A stretch of DNA of 64,000 bases from the human T2T-CHM13v2.0 reference genome, Homo sapiens, in the NCBI RefSeq assembly GCF_009914755.1, contig NC_060933.1; one strand, 5' to 3'. The notes under the pieces are model-generated. The model was given only the letters and a program-made list of their open reading frames with translations. It was not told the DNA's origin and made no database searches. A program made the position numbers and the translations under genes. Of this stretch, positions 1-14,180 are shown one piece after another; position 1 is the first letter of the stretch, and each line of letters starts with the position of its first letter.

Positions 1-48
1 AATACGAAATAATAGAGTTAAGGTGAAATGGCTATTAAAATGAATCAA

Positions 49-457
<409 letters not shown>

Positions 458-1239
458 TCAAAAATGAATCAATTATTTTAAATAAATCCTTTATTTTCAA
501 AAGCAGCTGAAAGGAATAAGAAAAAAAATTTTATTCATTTGAGAAGAAAATGAGTCCTTTGGGGAACTTTGCATGGGGGTTTTCATGGGTATAAAGAGAC
601 AATCAGGGCCCAAAGCAGGCTTCTTAAACTTATTTAAAATATTTCTTTTTGCATTTTTTAAAAATTTTGAAGCTTTCAAGTTTTAATCATTACCATATGG
701 GATTTAGTAAGAAATTGTTAAAAAATAATTGCTTAAAATAATCATAAGTGGTCTGAATTAAATTAGAGCAGAGAGTGAGAGATGAAGTGGTGAGTATAAA
801 TTTGCTTTTAAAGACAAATGCTTAATGGAAGGACACATTTAATATTGTATATAAAAGTATTTGTCACTGGCAAGAAATCATAAGCATTTTGAGTTCAAAT
901 GAATAATATTACTATTTGGATTCAGTTATCACTCATGCATTTCTCATTTTTTTTCTAATGCTATTAGTCAATTCACAGAGTATTAGGGAAGATAGTTTTT
1001 ATGTGTACAAGCTCTATAAAGACAAAAGCTTTGTGTAAATAATGTTACGTTATTTTGACAAGAATGTTCAATGTATTTTCCTTTATTAAAAAAAGGTAAA
1101 GCAAAGGACCTTAAGAGATCAAAAATCTGCTTGCATAGACCTAAAAAAAAGTGAAAAGATGACAAATGCATGACGAAAGCAATGCACATAAATCTCAATG
1201 AGATAAGACTTTTCACCTTTCAAGTAAGCAACAATTCAG

Positions 1240-2849
1240 AACTTGAAGTTGTGGAGAAATACATATTTTCCTACACAGCTGGTCTGATTTCAAAATGGTA
1301 CAGCCCATACAAAGAGAAATTAGTCATAATGTAAATGAAATCATTTATGATTTTTGCCCTTTAATCCTGCAATCCTACACCTAGGAATTATCCTTAAGAC
1401 ATACCTCTCCAAATATGAAACAACATATGCAGATATTTATTTATTATTACATTATTTGTAATAGCAAAATATTAAAAATAACTTTTACTAGGTTCTAGCT
1501 CAATCAATTATTGCATATCTTCAAAACAAAGTATTAAGTTCATCAGAGGAATGAAAACTATTAACCAATGTGGAGAGATTTTCAGGCTATCATAAGTTAA
1601 AGAAAAAAGAAAGAAAAAAAGAAAGGAAGAGAAAGGTACAAAGAATGTATATTACATTATTACATGCAGCCATTGCTGAAAAGAGAAAAAGATAAAAATA
1701 AATATATCAAAAAATCAATTTGTTTAATTCAGTAATACTTAGTAGCATTGTGTTTTAAACTCTAAAATTATTTTCAATGAATTGAGGATTAGAGCAAATG
1801 AGTGAATATACTGATGTTTTTGGGAAATTATGGGAAAGAGTGATACAGCTTTGGAATAAAAATAGAAAACAATCATACTGTGATGTTGAATTTGATTCAG
1901 AAGAATCTGTAAGAACTTGTAATTTTATATGTATATAAATATGGACATATGTATGTGCAGACACACACACACACACAAACATTTTCCTGCTCTAGTCTTT
2001 AAAACTATACAGAAACAGTGACATCACAAAAGCAAAGAGCATGTTTATCTTCAATTGTGAAATCCCATTTCCCCCTAAAAAGAAGTCAAAGCTAATGGAG
2101 AAAAATGGTGGATTTTATGTCTAGGATAAGGAAAGTTCTAGGTGAACTTGGAGCGTCTTATTGTCCAGACAGTATAAAAAACATGTTCAAAGACGTGTGT
2201 ATCACGTCAAAAGGAAACAGAAACTAGCTCAAAAGTGCTCCTCTGGCCACACTTGTGATTAGTATCAAAAAATAAAAACAGATTGCAAAACAGTGCATTT
2301 AAATACAAAGATCCATGGGTTCCTAATAATACTAAATGAATAAGTAAGAAACAGATTTAAAAAGAAAAAAAACACATTTATTTCACAGAAGAACGACCAC
2401 TAATAAAAAAAAAGGGGACTAATAGAAATAGAACCCCACCATTTTGTTACCTCCAGAAAAAAAAAATGGATGCAGGCAAAGTCAACAATGGATGCAAAAG
2501 CCATGTGGTAGAAAATTGTCAGGGAAATATTGCCTCAGAAGGTATGCTTTTGCAATAAAGAGGTCTGGCTGTCACTATCTCAATCAGGTGGTCAAACAAC
2601 ATTGCCAATAGTGAGATGGTCTGACTTGATATGCCTCTTGATGTGAGGTGATGTGCTTCCTAAGGGGTACAACATCATCTATAAGATGTGAGATTGTTTT
2701 TATACTGTTTAACTAAATTTTATCCTAAGGAAGCAGTCAGACAATCTCAGGCTATGGGATGATCTGCAGGACAATTTGACTAGACACTTCAAATGAATAA
2801 ATACGATGAAGAAATGAGGCAGGTGGAGAGTCTTTCAGATTAAGGTAGG
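1240..2849 (+). mobile_element. Ancient L1M (L1MC/L1ME-type) ORF2-end/3'UTR fragments
   Basis: CCTGCAATCCTACACCTAGGAATTATCC and ATTATTTGTAATAGCAAAAT motifs typical of L1M 3' ends; appears to resume at about 5240-5436 after the ERVL insertion; boundaries approximate. Confidence 0.6.
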
Positions 2850-3383
2850 TGTAATGATTAATACTGAGTGTCAACTTGATTGTATTGAAGGATATAAAGT
2901 ATTATTCCTGGGTGTGTCTGTGAGGGTGTTGATTAATATTTGAGTCAGTGGACTGAGAGAGGCAGATCCACCCTCAATCTGGGTGGGCATCATCTAATCA
3001 GCTTCCTGCGAGACTATTATAAAGCAGGCAGAAAAACATGGAACGAGCATACTTGCTGAGTCTTCTGGCCTCCATTTTTCTCTCGTGCTGGATGCTTCCT
3101 GCCCTGGAACATCAGACTCGAAGTTCTTTAGCTTTTGGACTTTTGGATTTACACAAGTAGTTTGCTGGGGTTTCTCGGGCCTTTGACTGAAGGCTGCACT
3201 GTCAGCTTCCTTACCTTTGAGGTTTTAGGACTCAGACTGGCTTCGTTGTTCCTCAGCTTGCAGAATGCCTATTGTGGGACTTCACCTTGTGATTGTGTGA
3301 GCCAGTTCTCCTAATCAACTCCCCTTCATGTATACACATATATCCTATTAGTTCTGTTCCTTTAAAGACCCATGACTAATACA
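2850..3383 (+). mobile_element. MLT2A-type LTR (5' LTR of HERV-L)
   Basis: TG...CA termini; TGTAATGATTAATACTGAGTGTCAACTTGATTG start and ...CATGACTAATACA end match recalled MLT2A; followed by PBS-like GGTACCAGGAGCGG. Confidence 0.9.
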
Positions 3384-5232
3384 GGTTTAGGTACCAGGAG
3401 CGGTTTTAGAGGAATAGAATTTTAAGGATGGATTTCTCTAGTTGGTTTTGAGATTTCTGGAGTTGGCTGCTTAATATAATTAGACTCCAAAATGCTAAGG
3501 ACACTACTTCTAATAGTATGGAGGACACTGATAGTCCTTGGTGTGAACTCTTTAGAAAGTTATACAAAATAAATGCATTTGGTACTCCTGATTCACCACT
3601 TGTGAGAGGCAAGCAGTTAGCGACTCTATACATAATATCTTTGACCATATGTGGAGAACCAAGGAATATAAAGAAGTTGGTTGATTGCTCCTAATTTCAC
3701 TGGAAAAGTGATGAAAGAAAAGCATGAGCTCAGGGATTCTAATTTCGGGCTCCAGAAGCACATACTGAGGCTCAAGTTTTCTAAGACTGCTCTTAGTGAG
3801 AGTCTTATCTCCTATAGACAAAGGGCTGAAAATGAGGAAAATCAGACATAAGCTCTTATCATGTGAGTGGCTGAATTGCAACGAAATTCGCACACTTGGT
3901 CTTGCCAGGTGTCTACAGTTAAAGTGAGGTCATTGATTGGAAAAGAATGAGACCCTGCAACTTGGAATGGGGACATATGGGAGGATCCTGATGAAGCCGG
4001 GAGTACTGAGCTTGTAAACTCTGATGAGCTTTTCTTGCCCTAGGAAACAGCCTCCCCATCCCCATTCGTGGCAACATCCCCTCCTGGACCCATCAGCCTT
4101 TTCACCTTTGTCTGAGAAGATGAATCCTGCACTGCCTGAGGCAACAGTGGTGGCCTTCCCTGAGGCAGTTGCCAGGCAAGACAATGCTGATTGTCCTCAA
4201 GGACCCATCCCCAACACCCCTCTTTGCTTCTAGGCCTATAACTAGACTCAAGTCTTGGCAGGCCCCTAGAGGTGAGGTTCACAGTATGACCCATAAGGAG
4301 GTGCAGCACTACACTTCAAAACAACTGCTAGAGTTTTCTAATTTATATAAGCAGAAATCAGCACCCAATATATGGTACTGTTTCTCCCATAACCAGGATT
4401 CCCAGATTCAGGAATCAAGGTGTGGAAGTGGAAGTGGCACCACTCACCATCACTCCTAGTGTCCCACTAGCAAAATTTTTGCTTCATGTTCCTGTGGCAT
4501 TCCATTCTGCTGGCCTAGAGGTTTTAGTTCCAGAGGAAGGAATACTGCCACCAGGAGACACAACAATGATTCCATTAAACTGGAAGTTGTTGTCTGGACA
4601 CTTTGGAATCCTCCTACTTCTAAGTCAACAGGCTAACAAGGGAGTTAGTGTTGGGTAGGGCCCAAACTATCAAGATGAAATCAGTCTACTAACCCACAAT
4701 GGAGGTAAGGGAGAGTATGCATGGAATACAGGGGAACTCTTTGGGCATCTCAGTATTACCATGCCCTGTGAATAAGATCAGTAGGAAACTACAATAACCC
4801 AATCCAGGCAGAACTACAAATGGCCAGACCCTTCAGGAATGAAGGTTTGGGTCACTTCACCAGGTAAAAATTCACAACCTGCCGTGGTGCTTGCTGAAGG
4901 CAAAAGGAATACACAATAAGTAGTAGAATAGGGTAGTCATCAATACCAGCTATGACCACGTAACCAGTTGCAGAAACAAGGACTGTAATTGTCAGGTGTA
5001 TTTCCTCCTTATTTTGTTAAGACCATGTTTGTGTGTGTATAAACTTGTACTAAGAAAATATCTTCCTTTTATTTCCTTTCTTTTTCCTTTATTACATGAC
5101 ATAAGATTTATTGACTTCATATCAGTATTTAAGTGTCATTAACTTTAGGTAATAGCATTGAGGTTATGGATTGATGAATTTCCAGTTGTACAAAGGATAG
5201 GTATATTATGTTAGGCATAATTATAACCTTAC
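3384..5232 (+). mobile_element. HERV-L internal region, deleted: 5' gag fused to integrase tail/dUTPase; no 3' LTR
   Basis: Gag-like peptides in ORFs 4024-4233 and 4169-4459 (RPITRLKS..LLEFSNLYKQKS); dUTPase-region peptide in ORF 4422-4658 (EVAPLTITPS..LPPGDTTMIPLNWKL..GHFG); many stops and frameshifts. Confidence 0.9.
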
Positions 5233-5438
5233 ATGTTATGTGAAGTGTTATAGCCTCAGCTTACCACTGTGCTTTGGCCAAAAGGCATTGTGTGTGCGTG
5301 TGTGTGTGTATGTGTGTGTTTGTATAAAGATGAAAAGATGGGAGCATATGTGACAAGGTTTTAACAAAGGATGAATCTGTTTAAGGGGTAAGTGGGTTTT
5401 CATTAGTATTTTATAAAGTTTTCTGTGGGTTTAAGCTA

Positions 5439-5930
5439 CAGTTGACCCTTGAACAGTAAGGATTTGAACTGCCCAGGTCCACTTGTCCACAGATCTCTAT
5501 GCTGAATGTGTCTGCCTCTCCTGCCTCCTCTTTCACTTCCTCCACTTCTGCCTCTGCCACTCCTCAGGAAACAAGTCCAATCCCTCCTCTTCCTCCTTCT
5601 CAGCCTATTCAACATGAGGACACCAAAGGTGAAGACCTTTATGATAATCTATTTCCACTCCATGACTAAAAAATATATTTTATTTTTCTTATGATTTTCT
5701 CAACAACATTTTCTTTTCTCTAGATGACTTTATTGTAAAAATACAGTATATAATACACATAACATACAGACTATGTATTACTTGACTGTTTATGTTATCA
5801 GTAAGGCATTTGGTCAACAGTAGGCTAATAGTACTTAAGTTTTTGTAAGTTTTGGGGAGTCAAAAGTTACATGTGGATTTTCAACTGCACAGGAGTTGGC
5901 ACTAACCTTACATTGTTCAAGGGTTGACTG
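5439..5930. mobile_element. Tigger2-family (TcMar-Tigger) non-autonomous DNA transposon
   Basis: TIRs CAGTTGACCCTTGAACA / TGTTCAAGGGTTGACTG; TA on both sides (5437-38, 5931-32). Confidence 0.9.
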
Positions 5931-6754
5931 TATTTCAAAATAAAAAGAAAATAAATATGATGCATATAAATAAACTTTAACATCCTCCTCTCTTTAATCT
6001 TGCAATTTACCATAGTAAAAATTATAATATGATCATCTGTGGTTATTATTATTTATAAGTACAATTTCAAATTGTTTAGACTTATTGAGACCACTGTTGA
6101 AATGCAAAATAAAATATAAGAAACTATCAAGAAAAGCAAAAATTACATTTTATGTTAGGGAGGTGTAAAGGCAAGGGAGACTATTGGAGAGAGGGATATT
6201 GTTCAATGTATTAACTGAATCAGATGATATGTGTAATTAAACAATATATATGCTTTTCAGAGTAACAAAGAAGATAGAATGTTCAATTTCTTTGAATTGC
6301 ATTATTTCCTTGTTCAAGTTTTTGTTCGAATAACAGTTCAATTTTAATCATCAACCTTATTCAGAAATTTAAAACAAAAAAAATTGGAATTTATTTCAAC
6401 AAATGTTTTTTGAAAGCCTACTATGTGCAAAACAGAAATGCATGTTATGAAAGCAATGATGCTCAACTAATGTTTTTACATGATATTATTTTCAGTATGT
6501 ATTTTGGAATTGGACACTAAATGAATGATTACTTAATATTTTGTGCTCTGCTTACAAAAAAAGTGATTCTGTATACATAATTTATATTTAGTTAGCCTAA
6601 AACATGATCAATAGTGTTTCAAAGTAGAACTATCATGAAAAATTGGGCATATTTGTTTAGGAAATTTTCTGTGATGCAGTTACTTATTGTAATATTTATC
6701 AATAAATACATGAAGTAAACCAAAACAAACAGTCACATTTGGTATCTTGCTAGA

Positions 6755-6970
6755 AAAGTATGTATGATACTAAGAATACCAGCTTTAGAGTAAGATTTTG
6801 CATTCAGATTTTAGATCTCTCTCTTATTATCTGTGTGATCACACACAATCTACCTAACATCTCCAAGCCATAGTTTCTTCTTCTGTCAAAAGGAATAAGA
6901 TAATACTTCTAAATTTCTTATCATGGTGTTTGGCATGTAAGAAGCACTGCATAAATGTTATGACTGTTGC
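6755..6970 (+). mobile_element. MIR SINE
   Basis: Degenerate MIR core ACCTAACATCTCCAAGCCATAGTTTCTTCTTCTGTCAAAAGGAATAAG and MIR-like tail. Confidence 0.7.
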
Positions 6971-9900
6971 TAACCTTGTTAAAAAAAGTAACCTTGAATT
7001 GTTAGATTCAAATTATAAATAAGGAGAGTTTCTGGAACTATTTATGTATCCATAATAATTAGAAATAAAAAAAAAACAAAGAGTTTCAAAGGAGATGATA
7101 TAAAACTAGTTAATCAGCACAGAAACTGCTTTACACAATAACTATAAATAATTTATTATAAAAGAAAGCATTACATACCTATAAAAATAAATACTTCCTA
7201 ATTTACAGAGATCTAAAGGCAGGCACAAAACTTTCTCCAGGTTTTCCTGTTATCATTGTCAAAGAGAAGAAGTGAAAGATGAGAAGTTGTGGAACATGCA
7301 TGGACATTTTAGCCCCAGACTGGAAGCCTACATTTGGGTCTGCATTTGTCCACTTACAGGAGCCTGACCTACTAATGGGCATTCCTTAATGTGGCAGGAG
7401 AAGAAAGCTTCCCAAGGCTTCTTTTGTTTCATGAGGAAATTGCAGACGCTTCCCTTAGATTGCTATTACGTGTTTATTTTGACAATAGTGAATATACAAA
7501 AAGAAACCAGCTTTTGTTAGAATGATTTAAATTAATCGTTTATAGCTTCTTAAATTAGTTCAATATTGTATTTTTCTTATATTTAATAATCTTAGAGAAC
7601 CATATGTCTTTTTCTATTTGAATGATAGTGTAAGAAACAACTAGAGATAAACACACATTGAGCTAGACTGTGAGATTTTTCTTCCATCTCCTCAGTATCT
7701 ACGACAGGCAAGAATTTACCTCTTATGATTATGTACCTTTTGACTAAGTTTTCAGACTTACCACATAGAAGAGAAAAATTAACTGTCTATGGTATTGATT
7801 TGCATTTGTTGTAAAAATGTTAATTGACATAAACTTTACAATATCCCTCATACTCACACTTAGCTCATTTTCTCCCACCAGATTCATTGGAACCAATAAC
7901 ATGATCAGTGAAGCTACAGTAAAGAGAACAGTGGGCCAGTTTCCCATGGCGTCTCCTCTTCTCATTTACGTGGATATAGATCCAGATCCAGCAGAGAATC
8001 ATTGTATTTATTCGATTCCCAAATATTTCTTTTTTAACATGTTAATATTCTGAAATCACCTAGTATATTAATATTTCAAATAAACTTGTTAGCCATTCTT
8101 TTTTTTTTTTTCAAAAGACTTGTTAAATCTATGAGACGTCGTGCAATTGATGCTGTCTTAGATTCCTCAGATCCAACTGTGGCTTTATAGCTTTTAGGTT
8201 TTACGATTGCTAGTGAATCTTATCATAGATGATACTATAGAGACGTAGTTGCTTTGTATTTTAGAGAATTTATCAGCTCTCATCTTTTAGGCAGCCACAT
8301 CCAAGGTACTCTTCTGAATGATCCCTAGATTGTTTCTCTAGATTGTTTCATGTACCTATGATGCTGTGGTTGGTGCCTCACGGACCTGTTTCCTTGGACA
8401 GATGAGTAGATGACATTTGATTATTAACCTAAGAGTAGCCAACTTCAGGCAAGCCTTCAGTTCTTATGATGACCAGGCATGACCGGTCTGCCCCCAAATT
8501 CTTTATGCTGAAGGGTAATCAAATCAACTGCCTCCAAATTATTTACACTGAAAGGTAATCAGCTGAACCAATCATACCCTCTCTCTTTTCCAGTTCAAAG
8601 GGCAGGTCCTATGGAAACAGCACAAGGCCAAAAACCAGGCAATAAGCAAAAGATGATGTAAAGAGGAGAGTAGAAAGAGAAATGAAATATCAGGTAAAAC
8701 CAGATAAGTACCTGAGCCTGACAGAACAACAGAAACTTTCTTCTGAGGTGGCAACCACTAGTATGACCACCAGGTCATTTGTAACATTTTGGACTACCAT
8801 AGTGACATGTGTCCTGAGTGACATTCCAGTTCTCTGTGACTTCTGTGTGAAGATTGTGCAAATATTCTGAATGGTGCTTTTAGTTTCCATGAAGCCCTTG
8901 GAAATACTTCTCTTCCTTCCCTTTACTATTTATCCCTAAGCTAAGGCCTTATCACCTGAGCTGTCTAGTTACAACTCCAGAGAAAGAAGAGTTTGAGTAA
9001 ATAGTATAGTTAACATACATAATGAAACAGAGTTAAAGTGAGGAATACTAATATGTGCCCAAGAGTTTTTATTCAGTCTCGGAACTCTTAAACAATGGGT
9101 TATATCATTATGACATGTTCTGGTTAGGGCATGCAACACAACACTGGCCTAAGTCCATCAACACTTTCTACCCATATCTTTGTTGCCTGTAACTGACAAT
9201 CAGGGTTATAAAGTTTTGATTTTCCCTCAGGCTATTAACTAGATACTATTGTCCGAGAATTTCAGATTGGGTTCCTAAACAGAGAATAATAGGAGACAGG
9301 TGTCTTTACGTTTTAGAGAGAGTTGCTACATCAATCAGTGTTTTGCAAGAAAGAAAAAGCCACTTTAGGAGTTTGGAGTAGAAAGAGATTTAGAGGTTTT
9401 TACAGACTTCACAACTGTTGGCATGACAGGAGAATAATGTTCAAGAGGGCCACTATTGACTTTCAGCAAATTTGAAAGGGCAAAGATTGCAGGGAAGCTG
9501 ATGTCAAAGACTCCAGCTACCTATAGCACCGAAAGGAAAAGGAGAATGCCTGAAGCTGGTAGAAAACCCTTTTGTCTGCCACCTGCCAATACCATATACC
9601 TGCTTGCAGCTCTCACCAGAAAATAATGGCTTTGGGTTTCTTCAGTTTTCCTAACCTTTTGTATCTGTAATTGGCAAAGTTAAGCCCACACTATGCTGAC
9701 AAAAGATTCTGAAAAATATGTTTCCCAGATTTCTTCTTTAAAATCTACAGGGCAATGTAACAAGAGATTTGATAATATACAATCTTGCACAGCGGCTAAG
9801 GAGCTTCTAGACTTCAGGGCTTAATAAGCCTTATAGGGTTTCTCAGAGGTCGATACGATGTTCCTGAGATGATCACCTCATCAGTGGTCTTGAGCCTTTA

Positions 9901-11099
9901 GAAAAGCTAATTATAGGCTTATGGGGGAAATACTTTCTTCTTCCCTACCTAGTCAGGAAGTAAAGTAAGTGCTCCCTCCTGCCCCACATACACGTGAGGA
10001 GGCACTTGTAAAGGTGGACGTCGCCGCATAAACATCTCAAACCCTGTTCCAGAGCTTGCTGAGCAGCTGAAATTAGTCAACCCTTACTGGGTGCCATTTG
10101 AGTTGAAAAAGTGAAGTGAGATAATTTTTTTTTATTGATATGTTCGGCCCTCCTCCTCAACCCTGTCTTTGAGGGCATGCGCCTGCTTCCCATCACAATT
10201 CTGAATGTAAGGTATTAATTGGAGCAACAGCAGAAAGATTTGGGAAAGCGATGGTAAGACAAGCCTGTGTACCCACTGTGTGGTGCAGCAAAGACACGTG
10301 AATTTCTCATGGGTTCAAAAAGGGGTTATAGAAGTTGACCAGGTTATGAGCCATCCTGTAGGAACTCTTCACTGGAGGGTAGCCTGTGTGGTTAGGGTAT
10401 ATCCATAGCACAAAGTCATGGGTAAGTCCTGGGAATAGAACCTGAGGGGGTTCCAATATATCGGGCAAAGTGTGCATTATACACATCAGGCATGTGTGAC
10501 CTATGAGAAATCTACAAGCGAGCATGTTAGCCCACTCTACACGAAGGACCAAATTATACATGATTTTTCACTTTTTTTCCCCATTCCTCCTCCTTAGCCT
10601 CAACACATTAAAGAAGGAAGGGGAAAGAAGAAGAGGGAGAGGCACAGTGAAGAAGAAAAGTAGAGTTAAATAGAGTCCTTAGCCACTTGCCCACGATGGG
10701 TCTTGTAGCCACGTGTTAGACCTAAGCCGGGGTGAGAAGGGTGCGAGTGAGGAGGGAAAGAAGTTGAACTGAATGCCTTCAAACTTAAATTTGAAAATAT
10801 TAGGTCTTTAATATTTAAACTGAATTTAAATCATAAAATTGAAAGTATTCCCATAACTGAAAGGCCTGAAAGCAACGGGATCCACTCAAAAAGTAATTAA
10901 AGAGAGAGGGAGGTATAATTGAGAGAGCATATTTGAAGACAGTAGTTGAAGAAAAATAAAAACAGTTCTTGTTTACTCTCCACTGCATTCTGTGCCTTCA
11001 ATATTCCTTTTATGTCTACAGTGCAAAAATATCTACTCTTGCTCTGCCATACATTTTTCTTACTTTCTTCTTCATAACTCCCAATTCCATACATTTGTC

Positions 11100-11610
11100 C
11101 ACGTTTACTGAGGTAAAATTCCCATACAATAAATATCCCAATTCAGGTGAATTTTGGCAACCGTGCGCAGTTATGTAAGCACCAGCATAAACAAGCTACA
11201 AGACATTTTCAACATTCTGAAAATTTTCCTTGTGCACTTTATTCCCACCCCTGACCCCATCCCCCACAACTACTGATCTGCTTGCTATCACTAGAGTTTC
11301 ACCTTTTCTAGAGTGTCATATGTATGGAATCACAATGCACGTAGCATTTTGTGTTTGACTCCTTTCACTTAGAAAAATGTTTTCAGATTTGTCTATGTTG
11401 CTGCATGTGTCAGTATTTCATGTTTTTTCACGGTTGAGCATAAATATACTGCAATTTGTTTATTCACTCACCAATTGATGAACAGTTGGGTTCCTTCCAA
11501 GATTGGATGATTAAGAATAAAGCTCTGTGAACGTTCATATACAAATCTTCGTGTGGATGTATGTTTTTATTTCTCTCGGGTGGGATTGCGCATCATATTG
11601 CTAGCATATT
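11100..11610 (-). mobile_element. L1MB/L1ME 3' fragment
   Basis: CAACTACTGATCTGCTTGCTATCACTAGAG..TATGGAATCAC..TTATTCACTCACCAATTGATGAACAGTTGGG, antisense L1M 3'UTR. Confidence 0.8.
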
Positions 11611-13044
11611 CCCTTTATTTTGTGTTTATAATTAAATCCAATATCTATCATTATTGCTTTTACTCCCTTATAGTAGAAATCATCTGCTTCTGAAAATACA
11701 AATAATTATACAAAATTGTTCCCTTATCTTAAAATAATGGTTTGTGTGTTTGTTTCTATTTCAAACTTTCTGAAGTATTATAATTACTGAACCTATAGAC
11801 ACCGTTGAGTGGGTCTTTATTTTATAACTGCAGTATCACATTTATTCTAATCAGGTATTTTAGCTGACAAAGAGAATTTGCTTTTGATTAAATGACCTTT
11901 GCATGACAAGTTATATGTTTGTTTTTGGTGAATTAATCTATATTCATTAAATGTTTTGAAAAGTATGATAGGAATTGAGCATCATAGAAGTTTGTAGGCT
12001 TCCTGAAGACTTAGGTGGCTCAGGAATACTCACAAAGGTTAGAAATAACTTTGCCACAATATGCCCAGGCTGATGTGGTACACTCAGACTGGAAAAGAGG
12101 TATTTCTAACTTCCTTCAAGGAAAAATGTTTTGAACTGCTCATGTCATGCCACTTATTAGTTCTCCTACATGGATCATCTTAAGTTGTCTTAAGAAACAT
12201 GCAAGATATAAATGGTAATCCATTTTTAAATAGGCAAAAACATAACAGTTGGAATGAAGGAGCTAATAAATTACACAACTCTTCCTCTTGCAGGATTTTT
12301 GCATTAACTGAGAATGACAGTGGTCACACAGTTGGATGAAGATACAAATGGAACCTTTATTACTAATTATGGCCAGTGCAAATGCATGGATTTGCACTGT
12401 TATCTATATGAATTTGCCAATAGTATATACCCGAAATAGACACATGCAAGCTCAAAAACTAGTCCTTTCCTTGGTAGAGCTTTTGCTGCTAAGCTTAAGT
12501 GCTCCATAGCAGGCCAAAGCTCAGGCTTTCTGAACTCACAAAGAGAAAGCAGCAGGAACATCTAAGCTACACCAATCAGATAACCAATGTCTTCTCCCCT
12601 GGAAAAGTACAAGCAAGTGGGCAGAGCAAAAACAAAAGAAAACAAAATCCTCGTTTCTATATTGAAACATGAAGCTGGGGAAAGTGAATTGCCTGTCTCA
12701 AGTTTCTCCAGCTTTACATTCTCATTACCTTTTAGTCTATGTTAGGCAAAAAGTAGGACCATCACTATTAGGGGAAAAATCAGCAGGCTATTAGTACAGC
12801 CCTAAGACTATTTTATCAGACTGTTCTTATAATTGTTACTACTGTTTCTGTTTGTATGCTCTTGGGCCCACTATTAGACAACTTTGATTTTGCTGCCAGA
12901 AGGCTTGGAAATAAGCCAAAAGGGCACTTTTATGAAATTAACTACAAGGCCACTGTACCCTAGGCTGAACTTCCATTCCCTATTTGATTTCCCATCTCAA
13001 TTTAAGTCTATCTATGCTGGCCAACACATTTTGAGAGGTCTATT

Positions 13045-14180
13045 TATTTACCATTTCATCAAATACATGCTGGGAGCCCATGGCAGACACTGTTATAGCA
13101 CAGGTATTGAACAACAAATAAAGCAATATCCTTGCTTTCATGAAATGTGTATGTTGTAGAAGAGAAACAAAATATACCTATATAAATATAAACCTATAGT
13201 GTGTCAGGTTATGATTAATGCAATGGAACAAAAAGCAAGACCCGAGACCAAAGTAGGCCCTCTTTGAAAAAATAACATTAGAGAAAAGACCTGAGGGAAG
13301 TAAGAAAGAGTGCTTTGAGGGTGTCTGTGAAAAGTTCATTCAAGATGGAGGAAACAAAGTACAAGGGTACAAGGTGGAGGAAGCAAAGTACAGAGTGAAT
13401 GACTGGACCAGAGAAGCAAGAAGATGAGATTGAGGAAGTTGAGAAAAGAAATATTACCATACAGCCTGGTAGGCCATAGAAAGTACTTTGGATGTTAATT
13501 GGAGTAAAGGTAAAAAGGAAAGCCACTGGAGAATTTGAGCAGAGAGTAAGCCTTATATTTTAAATAAACAGTAAGACTCACGTTTTAAATGAATCATACT
13601 GACTTTGATGTGAAAAATAGAATATAATGAGGCAAGTATAGGAATAGTCAGAAACTATTAGAATATTGTAAGGATTTGGTGGCTAGATGAAGATAGTCAT
13701 AGTAAAGGCAGTTGAGAAGTGGTGAAATCCTGGATATATTTTGAAGATAAGGGGACAGGATACTCCAATTGATTTGTATGGAGGATAAGAGAGAAGAATT
13801 TAAAAGTTTTGGACTGAACAATGGGCTAAACAGAGCTGCCATTTATAAGAGGGAGACATACTGTAGGAGAGGTAGGATGGGCAAGGCCGGTAGAGGGGTG
13901 GAAATCAGCAGTGTATTTTCAGATATGCAGTATTTGATGCCTATGGTATATCCAAATCAAGATTCTGAAGAGACCATTAGATACACAAGCCTGGAGTTCA
14001 GTGGAGAAGTAATGGGACTTTAAAGGAGATGGCCTTTAAAGATGTGAGTCTAGATGAGATCCCATAAGCAATGAATGGAGACAGAGAAAATAACAATACG
14101 AATCAAAGAGCCCTAGAACACTTCATCATTTACGGGTTAGATTGAAGAGGGAATCCAGCAATGGAGACTTAGGAGGACCT
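13045..14180 (-). mobile_element. L2 LINE 3' fragment
   Basis: Begins with reverse-complemented L2 tail (CATTTCATCAAATACATG..GGCAGACACTGT); purine-rich L2 body (CTGGATATATTTTGAAGATA, CCTGGAGTTCAG). Confidence 0.75.

Noticed and set aside
4422-4658. dUTPase-like ORF as a domesticated gene
   Set aside because: 78-aa truncated HERV-L remnant with non-ATG start and early stop
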